From positions 6,968 through 70,967 of the forward strand of contig CANRDN010000005.1 of NCBI GenBank assembly GCA_947629375.1: a stretch of 64,000 bases of DNA, read 5' to 3'. The position numbers were made by a program, and so were the translations under genes. The stretch is from an uncultured Bacilli bacterium (GTDB lineage: Bacteria; Bacillota_I; Bacilli_A; RF39; UBA660). Below the pieces are notes generated by a model. It made no database searches, was not told the origin of the DNA, and saw only the letters and a list, made by a program, of their open reading frames with translations. This document shows, piece by piece, positions 49,734 through 57,494 of the stretch; within the stretch, counting starts at the first letter, position 1; each line of letters starts with the position of its first letter.

Positions 49734-50853
49734 TAACTGGCTTTTTACTATAGAGATTATCAGATCTATTAGTAATTAATTTATATATTTCATCGACTCT
49801 TAATTCTAAATCTAAAAGATCTATATTACCTTTACTTATATTAGTAATTATAGGTAGATCAGTCTCTTTTTTGATTTTATTTAAATAAGCTTGTCCTTTC
49901 TTAGAAAAACCTAAAACATTTATAAATTCTATTTTATTTTTTTCTTTGTTTTCTTCTTTAGTAAAAGAACAAAGAATATGAGTAAACATTCTACTTAATT
50001 TATTATAGGTATATCTTTTAGATTTAACTAAATTAATTAAATCATCTAAATTACTAGCATTATTAATTTCTCTTCTTATTTTGTTATCTAGTCCTTCATC
50101 GACTGTCTGATAGATACTTAAGTCTTTAGTAGAAGTAATCTTGTATTTTAATAGAAGAAATAGTTTATCTTCATCGATATTATTTAAATAAGTATTTGTT
50201 TCTTTTGGAATAGATAAAGTAATATCTTTATTTTCTTTTAAAGCATTTCTAATACTTCTTGCACTATCGATATTTCCCGTTAACTCTAAAGAATTGTAGT
50301 TATTAGTTCTTTTTATTGAGATAGGTTTGATATTATAATTATTCTTAATTATTTCTTTGACATAGGAAAGTGCTAGTAAATCGTTAGCATCTCTTACTGT
50401 CTTATTTGAAATCTTTTCCAAAGCATTAGAAGTAGCAGTAGGGTAGTTTATTCCTTTAGCGAGTTCTTCTTTTACAAGTAATTCATAATCTTTGTTTTCA
50501 AGTTGAATTTTAGCTAATTCTTTGATTTCTTCAATGTCATTAGATTCACTTCCAAATATTAACTTGTCACACTTAAGTTCGTTAAGTAGAGAAATAGCAC
50601 CTTTAGCAAAGAAATCACTAGATTGCGTTGCAAACTGGAAAGGTAGTAAGATAACTAAATCGACACCATACAAAAGAGATAAATAGGCTTTATCATATTT
50701 TTCTATTAGACTAATATTACCTCTTTGAGTAAAATTTCCACTTAGTATTAAGACTATCTCTTCATCTTTATCAATAAGCTTTTTAACTTCATTTAAATGA
50801 TAGATATGACCATTATGAAAAGGATTATATTCACATATTATTCCAGTAGCCAT
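49726..50853 (-). CDS. tmcAL: tRNA(Met) cytidine acetate ligase (TmcAL/YlbM, UPF0348 nucleotidyltransferase)
   Basis: N-terminal motif GIICEYNPFHNGHIYHL, a HIGH-like nucleotidyltransferase motif of the YlbM family. Confidence 0.75.
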   Translation of the reverse strand: MATGIICEYNPFHNGHIYHLNEVKKLIDKDEEIVLILSGNFTQRGNISLIEKYDKAYLSLLYGVDLVILLPFQFATQSSDFFAKGAISLLNELKCDKLIFGSESNDIEEIKELAKIQLENKDYELLVKEELAKGINYPTATSNALEKISNKTVRDANDLLALSYVKEIIKNNYNIKPISIKRTNNYNSLELTGNIDSARSIRNALKENKDITLSIPKETNTYLNNIDEDKLFLLLKYKITSTKDLSIYQTVDEGLDNKIRREINNASNLDDLINLVKSKRYTYNKLSRMFTHILCSFTKEENKEKNKIEFINVLGFSKKGQAYLNKIKKETDLPIITNISKGNIDLLDLELRVDEIYKLITNRSDNLYSKKPVIK

Positions 50854-50947
50854 TTTATCACCTCGAAATTATTATACAAGAATATTAAAAAAATACTAGC
50901 AAAAAATATTATTCTATTGTATAATTTACTAACTGGAGTTGGTATCT

Positions 50948-51412
50948 ATGATAGACTTAAGAGATTTATATAACGAAGAGATAAGTGAATTATCATTAGA
51001 TGGAGAATATGAAATACCAAAAGAAAAGATTGATAGTAAAGATATTATTGAGTTAAGTAAAGTAAATATTAAAAATAGTAAAATAAAAAAACTTGATGAA
51101 GATTACAGTATTCAAATGAGTATTTCTGGTAAGATGAAAATAAAAGATTCAGTTACTTTAGAAGATGTTTGGTATCCATTTAATATTGATTTAGATGAAA
51201 AATTAGCTGAATTTCTTGAAAATGATAAAAAATCTCTTGATATTATTGAATTTTTATGGCAAAATATTGTATTGGAAGTTCCTCTTAGGTATACAGTAGT
51301 TTCTGACTATAGTAAATACCAGGGAGATGGCTGGAAGTTGGTTAGTGAGGAAAAGTTAGTTACTAATAATCCTTTTAACACACTATTAAAAGACGAAGAT
51401 AGGAGTGATTAA
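50948..51412 (+). CDS. YceD/DUF177 family protein (encoded upstream of rpmF)
   Basis: Conserved position immediately upstream of rpmF. C-terminal acidic tail. ATG at 50948. Confidence 0.65.
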   Translation: MIDLRDLYNEEISELSLDGEYEIPKEKIDSKDIIELSKVNIKNSKIKKLDEDYSIQMSISGKMKIKDSVTLEDVWYPFNIDLDEKLAEFLENDKKSLDIIEFLWQNIVLEVPLRYTVVSDYSKYQGDGWKLVSEEKLVTNNPFNTLLKDEDRSD

Positions 51413-51415
51413 ATT

Positions 51416-51607
51416 ATGGCAGTACCATTTAGAAAAGTTTCTAAAACAAGAAAAAGAATGAGAAGAGCTCATAATGCTTTGGAAGTTGTAGGAACTACAA
51501 AATGTCCTGAATGTGGTGCAGTTATTAAGCCACACCGTGTTTGTAAAAAGTGCGGAAGTTATAAAGGAACAAAAGTTGTTGAAAATAAAGATGCTAAAAC
51601 AGAATAG
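51416..51607 (+). CDS. rpmF: 50S ribosomal protein L32
   Basis: [22 protein letters not shown] and a C4 zinc ribbon CPECGAV...CKKCG. Confidence 0.9.
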   Translation: MAVPFRKVSKTRKRMRRAHNALEVVGTTKCPECGAVIKPHRVCKKCGSYKGTKVVENKDAKTE

Positions 51608-51640
51608 TTAGTATCTTTTTTTGTTGTCCATTTTTTTGAA

Positions 51641-51682
51641 ATGTGATAAAATTGTGATAGCAAGATATTCTTGTGAATATAA
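51641..51682 (+). promoter_or_regulatory. promoter/operator region with the motif ATGTGATAAAATTGTGATAGCAAGATATTCTTGTGAATATAAT
   Basis: Nearly identical over about 45 nt to the site at 52217-52261. Shares 15 of 16 nt with the 13785 site, which carries TTGTGATAAAATTGTG. Ends in a TATAAT -10 about 18 nt before the ATG. Confidence 0.45.
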
Positions 51683-51700
51683 TAGAAAAGGAGTGAAAAG

Positions 51701-52147
51701 ATGAAAAACTTTAAATTATACGCAATTTTAAGTCTATGTTTTGGAATGCTATTTTTAACAGGTTGTGGTGGAGGAGATACACCAACTGTTACTTGTAGTA
51801 TGGAAGAAAATGGTCAAAAAGCTACATTTAAAATTACATATGATAAAGAAGAAAAAAATCCTCAAAGCGTTGAAATGACTGTTAGTGTTGAAATACCAGA
51901 TGGAACTTCAAAAGAAGATATCGAAAACGCTAAAGAAGCAGTAGAAGTTATGTATTGTTCAAACGACGATATAAAATGTAATGTTAAGCAAAATGGTAAT
52001 AGTCTTGATATAACTCTAGCTGGAGATCTTGATGACTTAGTTGATGCTGGAATGTTACAATTTGATGAAGATGAAGATTCTTCTTTAGAAGCACTTTTAA
52101 AAGAAGCTGAAGAAGAGGGTGCTAAATGTACAAAGAGTTACGAGTAG
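51701..52147 (+). CDS. small lipoprotein (paralogue family A1), four conserved Cys
   Basis: Lipobox LTGC at residues 19-22. About 55% identical to the 52278 gene product. Confidence 0.7.
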   Translation: MKNFKLYAILSLCFGMLFLTGCGGGDTPTVTCSMEENGQKATFKITYDKEEKNPQSVEMTVSVEIPDGTSKEDIENAKEAVEVMYCSNDDIKCNVKQNGNSLDITLAGDLDDLVDAGMLQFDEDEDSSLEALLKEAEEEGAKCTKSYE

Positions 52148-52177
52148 TAGCTCTTTTTTATTAAAATACACGTTAAA

Positions 52178-52201
52178 AGACCTTTTAGTGGGTCTTTTTT
52201 G
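52178..52201 (+). terminator. rho-independent terminator
   Basis: AGACC-TTTTAGTG-GGTCT followed by T6. Confidence 0.5.
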
Positions 52202-52216
52202 TTGAACAAACTTTTT

Positions 52217-52261
52217 TATTGTGATAAAATTGTGATAGCAAGATATTTTTGTGAATATTAT
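52217..52261 (+). promoter_or_regulatory. duplicate of the 51641 promoter/operator (TTGTGATAAAATTGTGATAGCAAGATATTTTTGTGAATATTAT)
   Basis: Direct sequence comparison with 51641-51682. Confidence 0.45.
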
Positions 52262-52277
52262 GAAAGGGAGAAGGAAA

Positions 52278-52718
52278 ATGAAAAATATTAAATTGTATGC
52301 TATTTTAGGACTTTGTTTTGGAACACTTTTTCTAACAGCTTGTGGTGGAGGAGATAGTAAACAAACTCTTACTTGTAGCCTAGAAGAAGATGGTCAAAAG
52401 ACAAAATATGAAGTATCTTATGATGAGGATGGAAAAGAACCTCAAGATTATTCATTAGTTATAAGTACTGAAATACCTGAAGGAACTTCAGAAGAAGAAA
52501 TTGAAAGTGCTAAATCACTAATGGAATCAATGCTTTGTTCAAATGAAGAAATGAAGTGTACTGTTAAACAAAATGGTGACAGTCTTGATGTAACACTTTC
52601 TGGAAATTTCAAAGATTTACTTGAGTCAGGATCATTAGACATTGAAGAAGAAAATCCTACTATTGACGAGCTTAAAAAAGAACTTGAAGATAGTGGAGCA
52701 ACTTGTAAGAAGAGTTAA
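52278..52718 (+). CDS. small lipoprotein (paralogue family A2)
   Basis: ATG at 52278 after GGGAGAAGGAAA; the ORF-track start at 52251 lies inside the promoter. Lipobox LTAC at residues 17-20. Paralogue of 51701. Confidence 0.7.
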   Translation: MKNIKLYAILGLCFGTLFLTACGGGDSKQTLTCSLEEDGQKTKYEVSYDEDGKEPQDYSLVISTEIPEGTSEEEIESAKSLMESMLCSNEEMKCTVKQNGDSLDVTLSGNFKDLLESGSLDIEEENPTIDELKKELEDSGATCKKS

Positions 52719-52802
52719 TAACTCTTTTTTTCTTCAATTTGTAATAAATGTGCTATTATATTTGTGTAATAATCTTTTAAAGATTAGAAATAGGAGTTTA
52801 AA

Positions 52803-53216
52803 ATGAATAAGTTAAAAATATTTATGATTATGATTCTTTGTCTTGGCGTTTTTTACCTTACTGGATGTACATCTAATGAGAATGAAATAAAGTGTAAAAT
52901 CAATGAAGAATATGAAGATAAAACGATGGAAACTGAAGTTAAAGCAACGATGAAAGATGACAAGATAAATAAAATTACAGCAACATTAACTTTTGATAGT
53001 GACAATACGGCAGTATCTTACTATAATCTTTTTAAGTCCTATGAAGAATTATCAAATGACGAAGAGAAAATAGAAGCAAAACTAGATGGTAAAGTTGTAA
53101 CTATAGAAAATTTTGATAATTATTTGAAAAAAAGTCAAAATGCTGATTTAATTGGTAAAGATAAAGATGAATTTATAAAAATGATGGAAAGTATGCAATA
53201 TAAATGTGAAAAATAA
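52803..53216 (+). CDS. small lipoprotein (paralogue family B1)
   Basis: Lipobox LTGC. Shares DEFIK.(M/L)...(Q/N)..(Y/F)KCE with the 53862 product. Confidence 0.65.
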   Translation: MNKLKIFMIMILCLGVFYLTGCTSNENEIKCKINEEYEDKTMETEVKATMKDDKINKITATLTFDSDNTAVSYYNLFKSYEELSNDEEKIEAKLDGKVVTIENFDNYLKKSQNADLIGKDKDEFIKMMESMQYKCEK

Positions 53217-53237
53217 ATTTTATTCTTAAAGGTGGTG

Positions 53238-53858
53238 ATGCTTACGAACTATCAAATAGAACTTGATAAAGTACTAAAGGAATTAACTTTAAAAAATGAA
53301 AAACCAAAGCTTTTGTTGCACGTTTGTTGTGCTCCTTGTTCTAGTTATGTTCTAGAGTATTTAACTAAATATTTTGATATAACTGTATTTTATTACAATC
53401 CCAATATTTCAAGTAAAGAGGAATACGATAAAAGATACAATGAAGAAAAAAGATTCGTAACAGAATATCCTTTTCCTTATGAAATTAAAGTTATAAATGG
53501 TAAGTATGATAATAATCTTTTTGAAAGTACGATTAAAGGTCTTGAAAACGAAAAAGAGGGTGGGAAAAGATGCTTCAAGTGTTACAGGTTGAGACTTGAA
53601 GAAAGTGCTAAATACGCTAAAGAAAATAACTTTGATTATTTTACAACTACTCTTACGATAAGTCCTTATAAAAACTCACAGGTATTAAATGAAATAGGAC
53701 ACGAATTATCTGAAAAATATGATATAAAATATTTGTATTCCGACTTTAAGAAGAAAAATGGCTATAAAAGAAGTATAGAACTATCCCATATTTATAACTT
53801 GTATCGACAAGACTTTTGCGGCTGTGTTTACTCGGTTAGAAATAAAATAGGAGATTAA
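53238..53858 (+). CDS. queH: epoxyqueuosine reductase QueH (DUF208)
   Basis: LLLHVCCAPCSSYVLEYL and CFKCYRLRLE Cys motifs characteristic of QueH. ATG at 53238 after AAAGGTGGTG. Confidence 0.7.
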   Translation: MLTNYQIELDKVLKELTLKNEKPKLLLHVCCAPCSSYVLEYLTKYFDITVFYYNPNISSKEEYDKRYNEEKRFVTEYPFPYEIKVINGKYDNNLFESTIKGLENEKEGGKRCFKCYRLRLEESAKYAKENNFDYFTTTLTISPYKNSQVLNEIGHELSEKYDIKYLYSDFKKKNGYKRSIELSHIYNLYRQDFCGCVYSVRNKIGD

Positions 53859-53861
53859 TCT

Positions 53862-54272
53862 ATGAAGAAATATTTAATTTTATTACTTCTCTTAGTCCCT
53901 TTTCTTACTGGATGTTTTTCTAGTGCTAATGAAGTTATCTGCACTGTCGTCGAAGAAAATGAAGGAAGTTCTTTAAAACTTCAAGTTATCGGTTTTTTGG
54001 ATGATAATGATATAGTGGAAGATATTTCTGCAACTATGGAAGCAGATACTGTAGAGGTTGCAAATCAACTTTATCTTTACTTAGATCTTGCAAACTACTC
54101 TTTAGGAGAGGATGAAAAACTAGACATAGAATTAAAGGGAAAAACAATATACATAAATAACTATGGGAAGATGTTAGAAGCAGGAAACTCATTAAATAAA
54201 ATGACAGGGATAAAGAAAGATGAATTTATAAAAAAACTTAAACAATCTAATAGTTCTTTTAAATGTGAATAA
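53862..54272 (+). CDS. small lipoprotein (paralogue family B2)
   Basis: Lipobox LTGC. Starts 4 nt after the queH stop. Paralogue of 52803. Confidence 0.65.
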   Translation: MKKYLILLLLLVPFLTGCFSSANEVICTVVEENEGSSLKLQVIGFLDDNDIVEDISATMEADTVEVANQLYLYLDLANYSLGEDEKLDIELKGKTIYINNYGKMLEAGNSLNKMTGIKKDEFIKKLKQSNSSFKCE

Positions 54273-54291
54273 GTTCTTTTTGAACTTTTTC
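54271..54291 (+). terminator. rho-independent terminator
   Basis: AAGTTC-TTTTT-GAACTT followed by TTTT. Confidence 0.5.
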
Positions 54292-54378
54292 TCTTTACAC
54301 TATAATCTTAAATAATTTTAAAAAGTTTATTAAATATCACAATTTATCATATATAATTTAATAAGATTGAGGATATTT

Positions 54379-54912
54379 ATGAACATTAAAATAATAGAAA
54401 ACGGAGAATTAAGAGAGAATTGTTATCTTCTAGAAAAAGACAATAATTATCTCATAATAGATCCAGGAAGCGAATTTGAAAAAATAGATTCTTATATAAA
54501 TAAAGATGGTAAGGTTTTGGGGATATTAATAACACATAGACATTTTGACCATATTGGGGCCTTATCAAGTTTTGTTGAAAAGTATAGGTGCCCTGTATAT
54601 GACAAAATGAGTACAACTGATGAAGAAACGTATAAACCGGGGCCTTTTACATTCAATGTGATATTTACACCAGGTCATACACCTGACTCTATAACGTTTT
54701 ATTTCTTTAAAGATAATAAAATGTTCGATGGAGATTTTGTCTTTGAAGGAAATATTGGAAGATGTGACTTAGAGGGTGGGGATATGAACGAGATGATGAA
54801 ATCGATTGAAAAGATTAAAAAATACCCTGATAATGTGACACTGTATCCCGGGCACGGAGAGTTTACAAAGATAGGACACGAAAAGATGAGAAACTTCTTT
54901 TTTAATAAATAA
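54379..54912 (+). CDS. MBL-fold metallo-hydrolase (small, glyoxalase II-like)
   Basis: THRHFDHIG matches the HxHxDH metal-binding motif. About 177 aa. Confidence 0.75.
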   Translation: MNIKIIENGELRENCYLLEKDNNYLIIDPGSEFEKIDSYINKDGKVLGILITHRHFDHIGALSSFVEKYRCPVYDKMSTTDEETYKPGPFTFNVIFTPGHTPDSITFYFFKDNKMFDGDFVFEGNIGRCDLEGGDMNEMMKSIEKIKKYPDNVTLYPGHGEFTKIGHEKMRNFFFNK

Positions 54913-54949
54913 AATTGTGGTATTATTTTTATAGTAGAGGTGAGTAGTT

Positions 54950-55249
54950 ATGTATATAGATGCGATAGTAGTAGTGGTTGCACTTTTGCTTGTAATATTT
55001 GTCTTTAGAAAGTTTTCTAGTTTTGTTTATGCAATGGCAATAATGGATATCTTTTTAAGAATAATGGCCTTTTTAAGAGATAAAGTACCTTTAAGGGAAC
55101 TTGGAAACATTTTCCCGAGTAATATTCCTGCTATTCTTGATAAATACACAGATGGTATAGTACTTGATATTTTACTTTGGGGATATGTATTCTTATATAC
55201 TTGTTTCTTAGTTTATATCACAAATTACTTTATACATAAGAAAAAATAG
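54950..55249 (+). CDS. small membrane protein (99 aa, 3 TM segments), hypothetical
   Basis: Hydrophobic segments; no recognisable motif. Confidence 0.35.
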   Translation: MYIDAIVVVVALLLVIFVFRKFSSFVYAMAIMDIFLRIMAFLRDKVPLRELGNIFPSNIPAILDKYTDGIVLDILLWGYVFLYTCFLVYITNYFIHKKK

Positions 55250-55270
55250 AGTTTAAACATTAAAAATTAC

Positions 55271-55299
55271 TTGAAATTATTGATTTTATATAATATAAT
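55271..55299 (+). promoter_or_regulatory. sigma-A promoter of the rimP-nusA-infB operon (TTGAAA, 17-nt spacer, TATAAT)
   Basis: TTGAAA at 55271-55276 and TATAAT at 55294-55299. Confidence 0.5.
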
Positions 55300-55313
55300 A
55301 CTTGTAGCAACTG

Positions 55314-55340
55314 GGTGGAAGCATGACTTCCACCTTTTAT
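55314..55340 (+). promoter_or_regulatory. leader terminator/attenuator hairpin (GGTGGAAG-CATGA-CTTCCACC followed by TTTTAT)
   Basis: Perfect 8-bp GC-rich stem followed by a U-rich tract about 10 nt downstream of the predicted transcription start. Overlaps the first ATG of the rimP-like ORF. Confidence 0.4.
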
Positions 55341-55608
55341 GTTAGTTAGAGGTGATAAGGTGAAAGATGAAATTATTAAACTTGTAGGGGATAGTCTAAA
55401 AGATTTAAATGTTTATATTTATGATGCTTTTACAGAAAAGGAAGGAAGACAAACTTTTTTAAGAGTCGTACTTGATAGTGAAAATATAATCGATTTAAAT
55501 TTAGTTGTCGAAGCTACAAAAGTAATTGATCCGATAATTGAGAAAGCCGATTTAATAAAAGAAGAATACATACTTGATGTGTATGCTAAATCAAAGGGAG
55601 ATGAATAA
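55339..55608 (+). CDS. rimP: RimP-like ribosome maturation factor (short form, N-terminal domain only)
   Basis: Conserved position upstream of nusA and an RimP-like N-terminal sequence. The start is uncertain: ATG 55339 lies inside the leader hairpin, and GTG 55360 follows AGAGGTGA. Confidence 0.55.
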   Translation: MLVRGDKVKDEIIKLVGDSLKDLNVYIYDAFTEKEGRQTFLRVVLDSENIIDLNLVVEATKVIDPIIEKADLIKEEYILDVYAKSKGDE

Positions 55609-55609
55609 A

Positions 55610-56731
55610 ATGAACGGAAAAGAATTTATTAAAGCAGTTGATGCTATTGTAAAAGAAAAAGGAATTGAAAGAAATGTTGTATTTGAAGCTATGGAACAAG
55701 CTCTTGCAACAGCATATAAGAAAAATTTTAATTCTTTAACTAACTCTAAAATTATAATCGATAGAGAAAGTGGAGATATCAAAGTTTATTCATATAAGAC
55801 AGTTGTACCAGATGAAATGGCAACTGATGAATATTTAGATAGTCTCGATGATGAAGATGAAAATGCTGTTGAATTTAATCCAAATTACCATATTACTTTA
55901 ACTGATGCTAGAAAAGGAAATAAAGCATTAAATGTTGGTGATACTATCGATACAGAAGTAACACCAAAAGATTTTGGAAGAGTAGCTGCATCTACTGCTA
56001 AACAAGTAATCGTCCAAAAAATAAGAGAAGCAGAAAGAGCATCTTTAGTAGGTGAATATGGCGATAAACAAGATGAATTACTTGTTGGAACTGTCGAACT
56101 TGAAGATGTAGATAACTACTTCATAAACCTTGGAAGAAGTAATGGAATCCTTCCTAAAAAAGAATGTATTCCTGGTGAGAAAATCGAAATGGGAAAACAA
56201 ATTAAAGTTTATGTAAGTAAAGTTGATAACAGTGGTAAAGGTTTATTTATTCTCTTATCAAGATGCCACTATGGATTCTTAAAAAGATTGTTTGAACTTG
56301 AAATACCTGAATTATCTGATGGAACAGTGCTAGTTTACAGTGTCGCTCGTGATGCTGGAAGTCGTAGCAAAGTTGCTGTTTATTCAGAAAACCCAAATAT
56401 CGATCCAATCGGAGCTTGTATCGGTGAAAAGAAAAGCAGAATATCAAGAATTATCGATGAATTAAATGGAGAAAAAGTGGATATAGTAAAATATGATAAA
56501 GATCCACAAGTATTTATTGCTAATGCTTTATCTCCTGCTAAAAACTTACACGTTGTAATAACAGATCCTAAAAAACAAGAAGCAATTGTTGTAGTAGATG
56601 ATCAAGATTTCTCACTTGCTATTGGTAAAAAAGGACAAAATGCGCGTCTTGCAAGCAAATTAACTCATTACAAAATAGATATTAAGAAAACAGAACAAGC
56701 AAGAGAAATGGGAATTAACTTTAGAGACTAG
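55610..56731 (+). CDS. nusA: transcription termination/antitermination factor NusA
   Basis: N-terminal domain followed by S1 and two KH domains. ATG at 55610 after AGGGAG. Confidence 0.95.
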   Translation: MNGKEFIKAVDAIVKEKGIERNVVFEAMEQALATAYKKNFNSLTNSKIIIDRESGDIKVYSYKTVVPDEMATDEYLDSLDDEDENAVEFNPNYHITLTDARKGNKALNVGDTIDTEVTPKDFGRVAASTAKQVIVQKIREAERASLVGEYGDKQDELLVGTVELEDVDNYFINLGRSNGILPKKECIPGEKIEMGKQIKVYVSKVDNSGKGLFILLSRCHYGFLKRLFELEIPELSDGTVLVYSVARDAGSRSKVAVYSENPNIDPIGACIGEKKSRISRIIDELNGEKVDIVKYDKDPQVFIANALSPAKNLHVVITDPKKQEAIVVVDDQDFSLAIGKKGQNARLASKLTHYKIDIKKTEQAREMGINFRD

Positions 56732-56741
56732 GAGTGATATC

Positions 56742-57008
56742 GTGAAAGAAAGAAAGATACCACAAAGAACTTGTATTATTACCAAAGAAAAATTTCCTAA
56801 AAGAGAACTTTTAAGGGTAGTTAGAACTCCTGAAGGAGAAATAAAAGTTGATTTAACAGGAAAAATAAATGGACATGGTGCATATGTTAAAAAAGACAAA
56901 GAAGTAATTTTAAAAGCTAAACAAACTAAAGCCCTAGAAAAATATTTAGAAACATCATTCGAAGATAGTGTATACGAAGAAATGCTAAAAACTTTGGAGG
57001 TGGAATAA
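56742..57008 (+). CDS. ylxR: YlxR-family (DUF448) RNA-binding protein
   Basis: PQRTCIITKEKFPKRELLRVV signature. GTG start after AGGAGTGA. Confidence 0.85.
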   Translation: MKERKIPQRTCIITKEKFPKRELLRVVRTPEGEIKVDLTGKINGHGAYVKKDKEVILKAKQTKALEKYLETSFEDSVYEEMLKTLEVE

Positions 57009-57475
57009 TGGGAAAAACAAAATGTGAAAGACCAACTTGGGATGAATATTTTACAGAAATTGCTAAACTTGTCTCTACAAGAAGTAACTGTGAAAGTAGA
57101 AAAGTTGGAGCAGTAATAACTGTTGATAATCAAATAATTTCAACGGGATACAATGGAGCACCTAAAGGACTTCATCACTGTGTTGATGCAGGAGGATGCC
57201 TAAGAAAATTAAACAAAATAGAATCTGGTACAAGACAAGAAATATGTCGTGCTGTTCACGCAGAACAAAATGCGATAATAAGTGCAGCTATAAAAGGCGT
57301 AAGCATCAAAGGTGGAACAATATACACGAATACTTATCCTTGTTCTATCTGTGCTAGAATGTTAATCAATGCCGAAATAAAAAGAATTGTATACGATAGT
57401 GATTATAGTGATCCACTATCTAAGGAATTGCTTGATGAAAGTGGAATAGAAGTAGTAAAATTTGAGAAAAAATAA
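57008..57475 (+). CDS. dCMP deaminase (ComEB-like cytidine/deoxycytidylate deaminase)
   Basis: Zinc motifs HAEQNAI and PCSICARML. Sits where ylxQ (L7Ae) usually lies. Confidence 0.8.
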   Translation: MGKTKCERPTWDEYFTEIAKLVSTRSNCESRKVGAVITVDNQIISTGYNGAPKGLHHCVDAGGCLRKLNKIESGTRQEICRAVHAEQNAIISAAIKGVSIKGGTIYTNTYPCSICARMLINAEIKRIVYDSDYSDPLSKELLDESGIEVVKFEKK

Positions 57476-57494
57476 GAAAGTGTAGGTGATTATT

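Noticed and set aside
52251-52277. ORF-track N-terminal extension (MNIMKGRRK) of lipoprotein A2.
   Set aside because: It lies inside the duplicated promoter/-10 region. ATG 52278 has a proper RBS and gives a signal peptide homologous to that of A1.
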